A DNA stretch of 64,000 nucleotides from the NCBI GenBank assembly GCA_950097015.1, contig CATNEN010000031.1, positions 124,001-188,000 on the forward strand, in the 5' to 3' direction. Each line of letters begins with the position of its first letter. The stretch's first letter is position 1. Source of the stretch: Macrostomum hystrix (lineage: Eukaryota; Animalia; Platyhelminthes). The position numbers and the translations under genes were made by a program. Shown one piece after another: positions 61,873 through 64,000 of the stretch. Under the pieces are notes generated by a model, which made no database searches, was not told the DNA's origin, and saw only the letters and a program-made list of their open reading frames with translations.

Positions 61873-64000
61873 TCAGAAGTTGCGTGCTAGGGTGAGAAAA
61901 TGAAGTCAAATTGAGTATGAAATTAAGTATAAAATATGTAGATTTTGATTGGTAAGAGATTTAACAATTCAACTTACCAATGAGCTGCCGCAGTACGATG
62001 TTCTGCGTCCGACCGCCTGGGGCGCGCACCTTGACGCCCGATGCACTTCGCGCACGACTCAGAGCCACGTAGAGCTGGCCGTGCTGAAAGCAGGCCGTCG
62101 TCAGGTCGACAGCGTAGGTGCTCAGCGACTGGCCCTGGCTCTTGTGGATGGTCATGGCGAAGCATGGCCGGATTGGAAACTGCAGGCGGCGGAACGTGAA
62201 GGGCAGCTCAGTAGGACTCGGCTCCTGTGGGATTCGCGGAATAAACACCTGCCGCCCACGGTAGATGCCAGTGGCGACCTCCGCGAGCAGCACATTGTCC
62301 CGCAGGTCTCGCAGCAGCAGCCGGGTTCCGTTGCACAGCAGCGGTGGGTCGAGGTTCCGCATCATCATGACCGGCATGCCGACCTTGAGCTCCAGCCGGT
62401 GATGCGGCAGGCCGTTGGGATCAAGTCGGTTCAGCAGCTCCGGTGGAAAATTGGTAGCTGCCACATCGTCGTTCGGAATCGAATCGACTGATAGATAAGC
62501 CCGACTGTCTCCAGGAAAGAGCGCCAGGCAGGCGGCGTTGGTCTCGTCTACCGTCCTGTTGAGCGGCGACAGAATGCTCCGCTCCGCGAACATCTGGTCA
62601 CGGTGCGGGCTTGGCTCGAACGACGGGTAGACGTGCCGGATGAGCTGCTCAGTGGTTGTGTCATCAGGCATGAGAATCTCGCTAGGCAGGGAAACCATGC
62701 CCTCTTCGTCCTCTGGCAGCTCTCCGTTGCCAACCTAATGGAATTGTGGAATAAAAAAGACATTTCAAGTTCCATAGAATTATTTATTTAATAGTGTCCG
62801 TAAGCATGCAGAAATGGATTAAGCAAAATATTGTAGTTATTCGGAAATTAGTTTTAGAAAGTAGATTATGAATGAAACGCATTAATTTAAAAGTTTATGC
62901 AAAATAGTGAAGGAATTATTTTCTCACCTGCATAAGAAAATCTGCGTAGCTTTTGGCATCAGAGTCGCTCTCGAGCCGCAGATTTCTTGTCAAATGGTGC
63001 TGCTGGAAATGTGGCCACAAAGCCGACTGAGTCAGGCAGGCGTCGATCGTGTTCGCCTGCGTTCCTCCGGGCACCACAGCCAGCAGCTGGCGGAAGTCGC
63101 CGGCTAGCACCAGCAGCGCTCCTCCGAACGGCTGCTCGACCCGCAGCAGATCTCGCAGAGACCGGTCCACGATCTCCAGGTCCTTGCGGTGCGTCATCGG
63201 TGCCTCGTCCCACACGATGATTCGCGCGTTCCGCAGAATCTCTGCGAGCTTGCTCCGCCTGCCGATGGAGCAGAAGGCATTGTCTTGCCGAACTGCGCAG
63301 ACGGGTATCTTGAACCTGGGCGGAGGGGATGATGATTCGGGGGTTGAACAGCATAGTGCAATATGAATGGATTAGGAAAAGGAGGCAGATAAAATATGCA
63401 AGCAAAAGCGCCAGCAAAGCAGCAGTAATAAAACAATACTTAGATAAAGAATTGCGGCTCACATTGAATGTGCGGTCCTGCCACCGGGAAGAATGGTCGC
63501 CGCAATTCCAGATGATGCCACGGCTACAGCAATCTGGCGCTTCGCTCGAGCAGAATTAAGCAGAAGCGTCAGCAAGAATGTCTTGCCCGTGCCGCCGGGA
63601 GCATCGATAAAGTGCAGGCCGCCACCGCCGGCCTGCATGCTGGACTGAATGGCGTCGAAGATCGCTCGCTGTTCGCCAGTCAGCGTGCCGATTTGCGCCG
63701 TGACTTCTGCCTGGAGCTCAACGGCTTCTTCGTTTGTCGGCAGGCAGTCAGTCAGTTGGTGAGTCTGGGAAAGTGAAAGGAAAGAAGTTAGTTATAGAAG
63801 ATATTTTTATATGAATTCAGCAATGAAAAGAGTAAATAAAGTAAATAATTGGAGTATTTCCAATTACATCAATAAGAAATGAAATGACAGAAATAATGCT
63901 CTCATAAGAATAAGCGCACTTGCCTGATCCGGCTCTGACCGTGGCTTAGGCAGGCCGTAGGCAGGCAGCTCGGATCCTCCCATGGTCTCCAGCAAGTTCT
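61873..64000 (-). CDS. Helitron RepHel C-terminal PIF1-family (SF1B) helicase, partial; exons (minus) >64000..63924, 63764..63463, 63315..62928, 62734..61978, probable last exon 61886..61873
   Basis: Manual splicing keeps one frame: FIDAPGGTGKT (Walker A), ASSGIAATILPGGRTAHSMFKIP, IIVWDEAPM (Walker B), GGALLVLAGDFRQLL, FPPELLN...LKVGMPVMMMRN...LCNGTR, RRLQFPIRPCFAMTIHKSQGQS, HGQLYVALSR. Introns are AT-rich with GT-AG ends, except the first, which needs a GC donor. The last exon is inferred from a GTAAGT donor; unspliced, the ORF stops at 61961. Confidence 0.92.

Larger units (their letters stand above)
59905..64000 (-). mobile_element. 3' portion of a helicase-coding (putatively autonomous) Helitron; 5' part lies beyond the window
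   Basis: Spliced PIF1-type helicase on the minus strand, followed about 2 kb downstream by hairpin TTCCTCC-TCC-GGAGGAA and the CTCG terminus at 59905, shared with family B. The Rep/HUH domain is not visible, so autonomy is unproven. Confidence 0.85.

Overview
Eukaryotic (metazoan-like) genomic DNA made almost entirely of mobile elements and the satellites they carry. There is one clear host gene, an SS18/SSXT-family transcriptional co-activator (5138..6136, minus). Left part: an intact P-superfamily DNA transposon (111..3288; 128-bp perfect TIRs, 8-bp TSD, one intron), a 4.5-kb satellite-bearing non-autonomous Helitron-type element (A1), two copies of a MITE, and decayed LINE and Merlin fragments. 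From about 17660 to the window end, everything belongs to one co-oriented (minus-strand) chain of Helitron-type elements. Element A2 (17973..58185) has the same architecture as A1 but spans 40 kb. It holds about 18 kb of 23-bp satellite, a young Gypsy LTR retrotransposon (36629..40921) and a nested 16.3-kb head-to-tail array of a second Helitron family B carrying a 15-bp satellite (41376..57648). One more B copy follows, then the 3' part of a helicase-coding Helitron (59905..>64000; spliced PIF1-type helicase). That element shares the B-family 3' end (hairpin + non-canonical CTCG) and carries a single copy of the 15-bp monomer. Six of the seven internal junctions in the B array, and both junctions around B8, lack the 5'-terminal TC, while a (TC)n stack sits at the outer 5' end. 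This suggests self-targeted insertion 2 nt inside family 5' ends (inference). All long ORFs within the satellites are repeat artefacts. No CRISPR, rRNA or tRNA genes were seen. All comparisons were made by eye; family names rest on motif recognition, not database searches.
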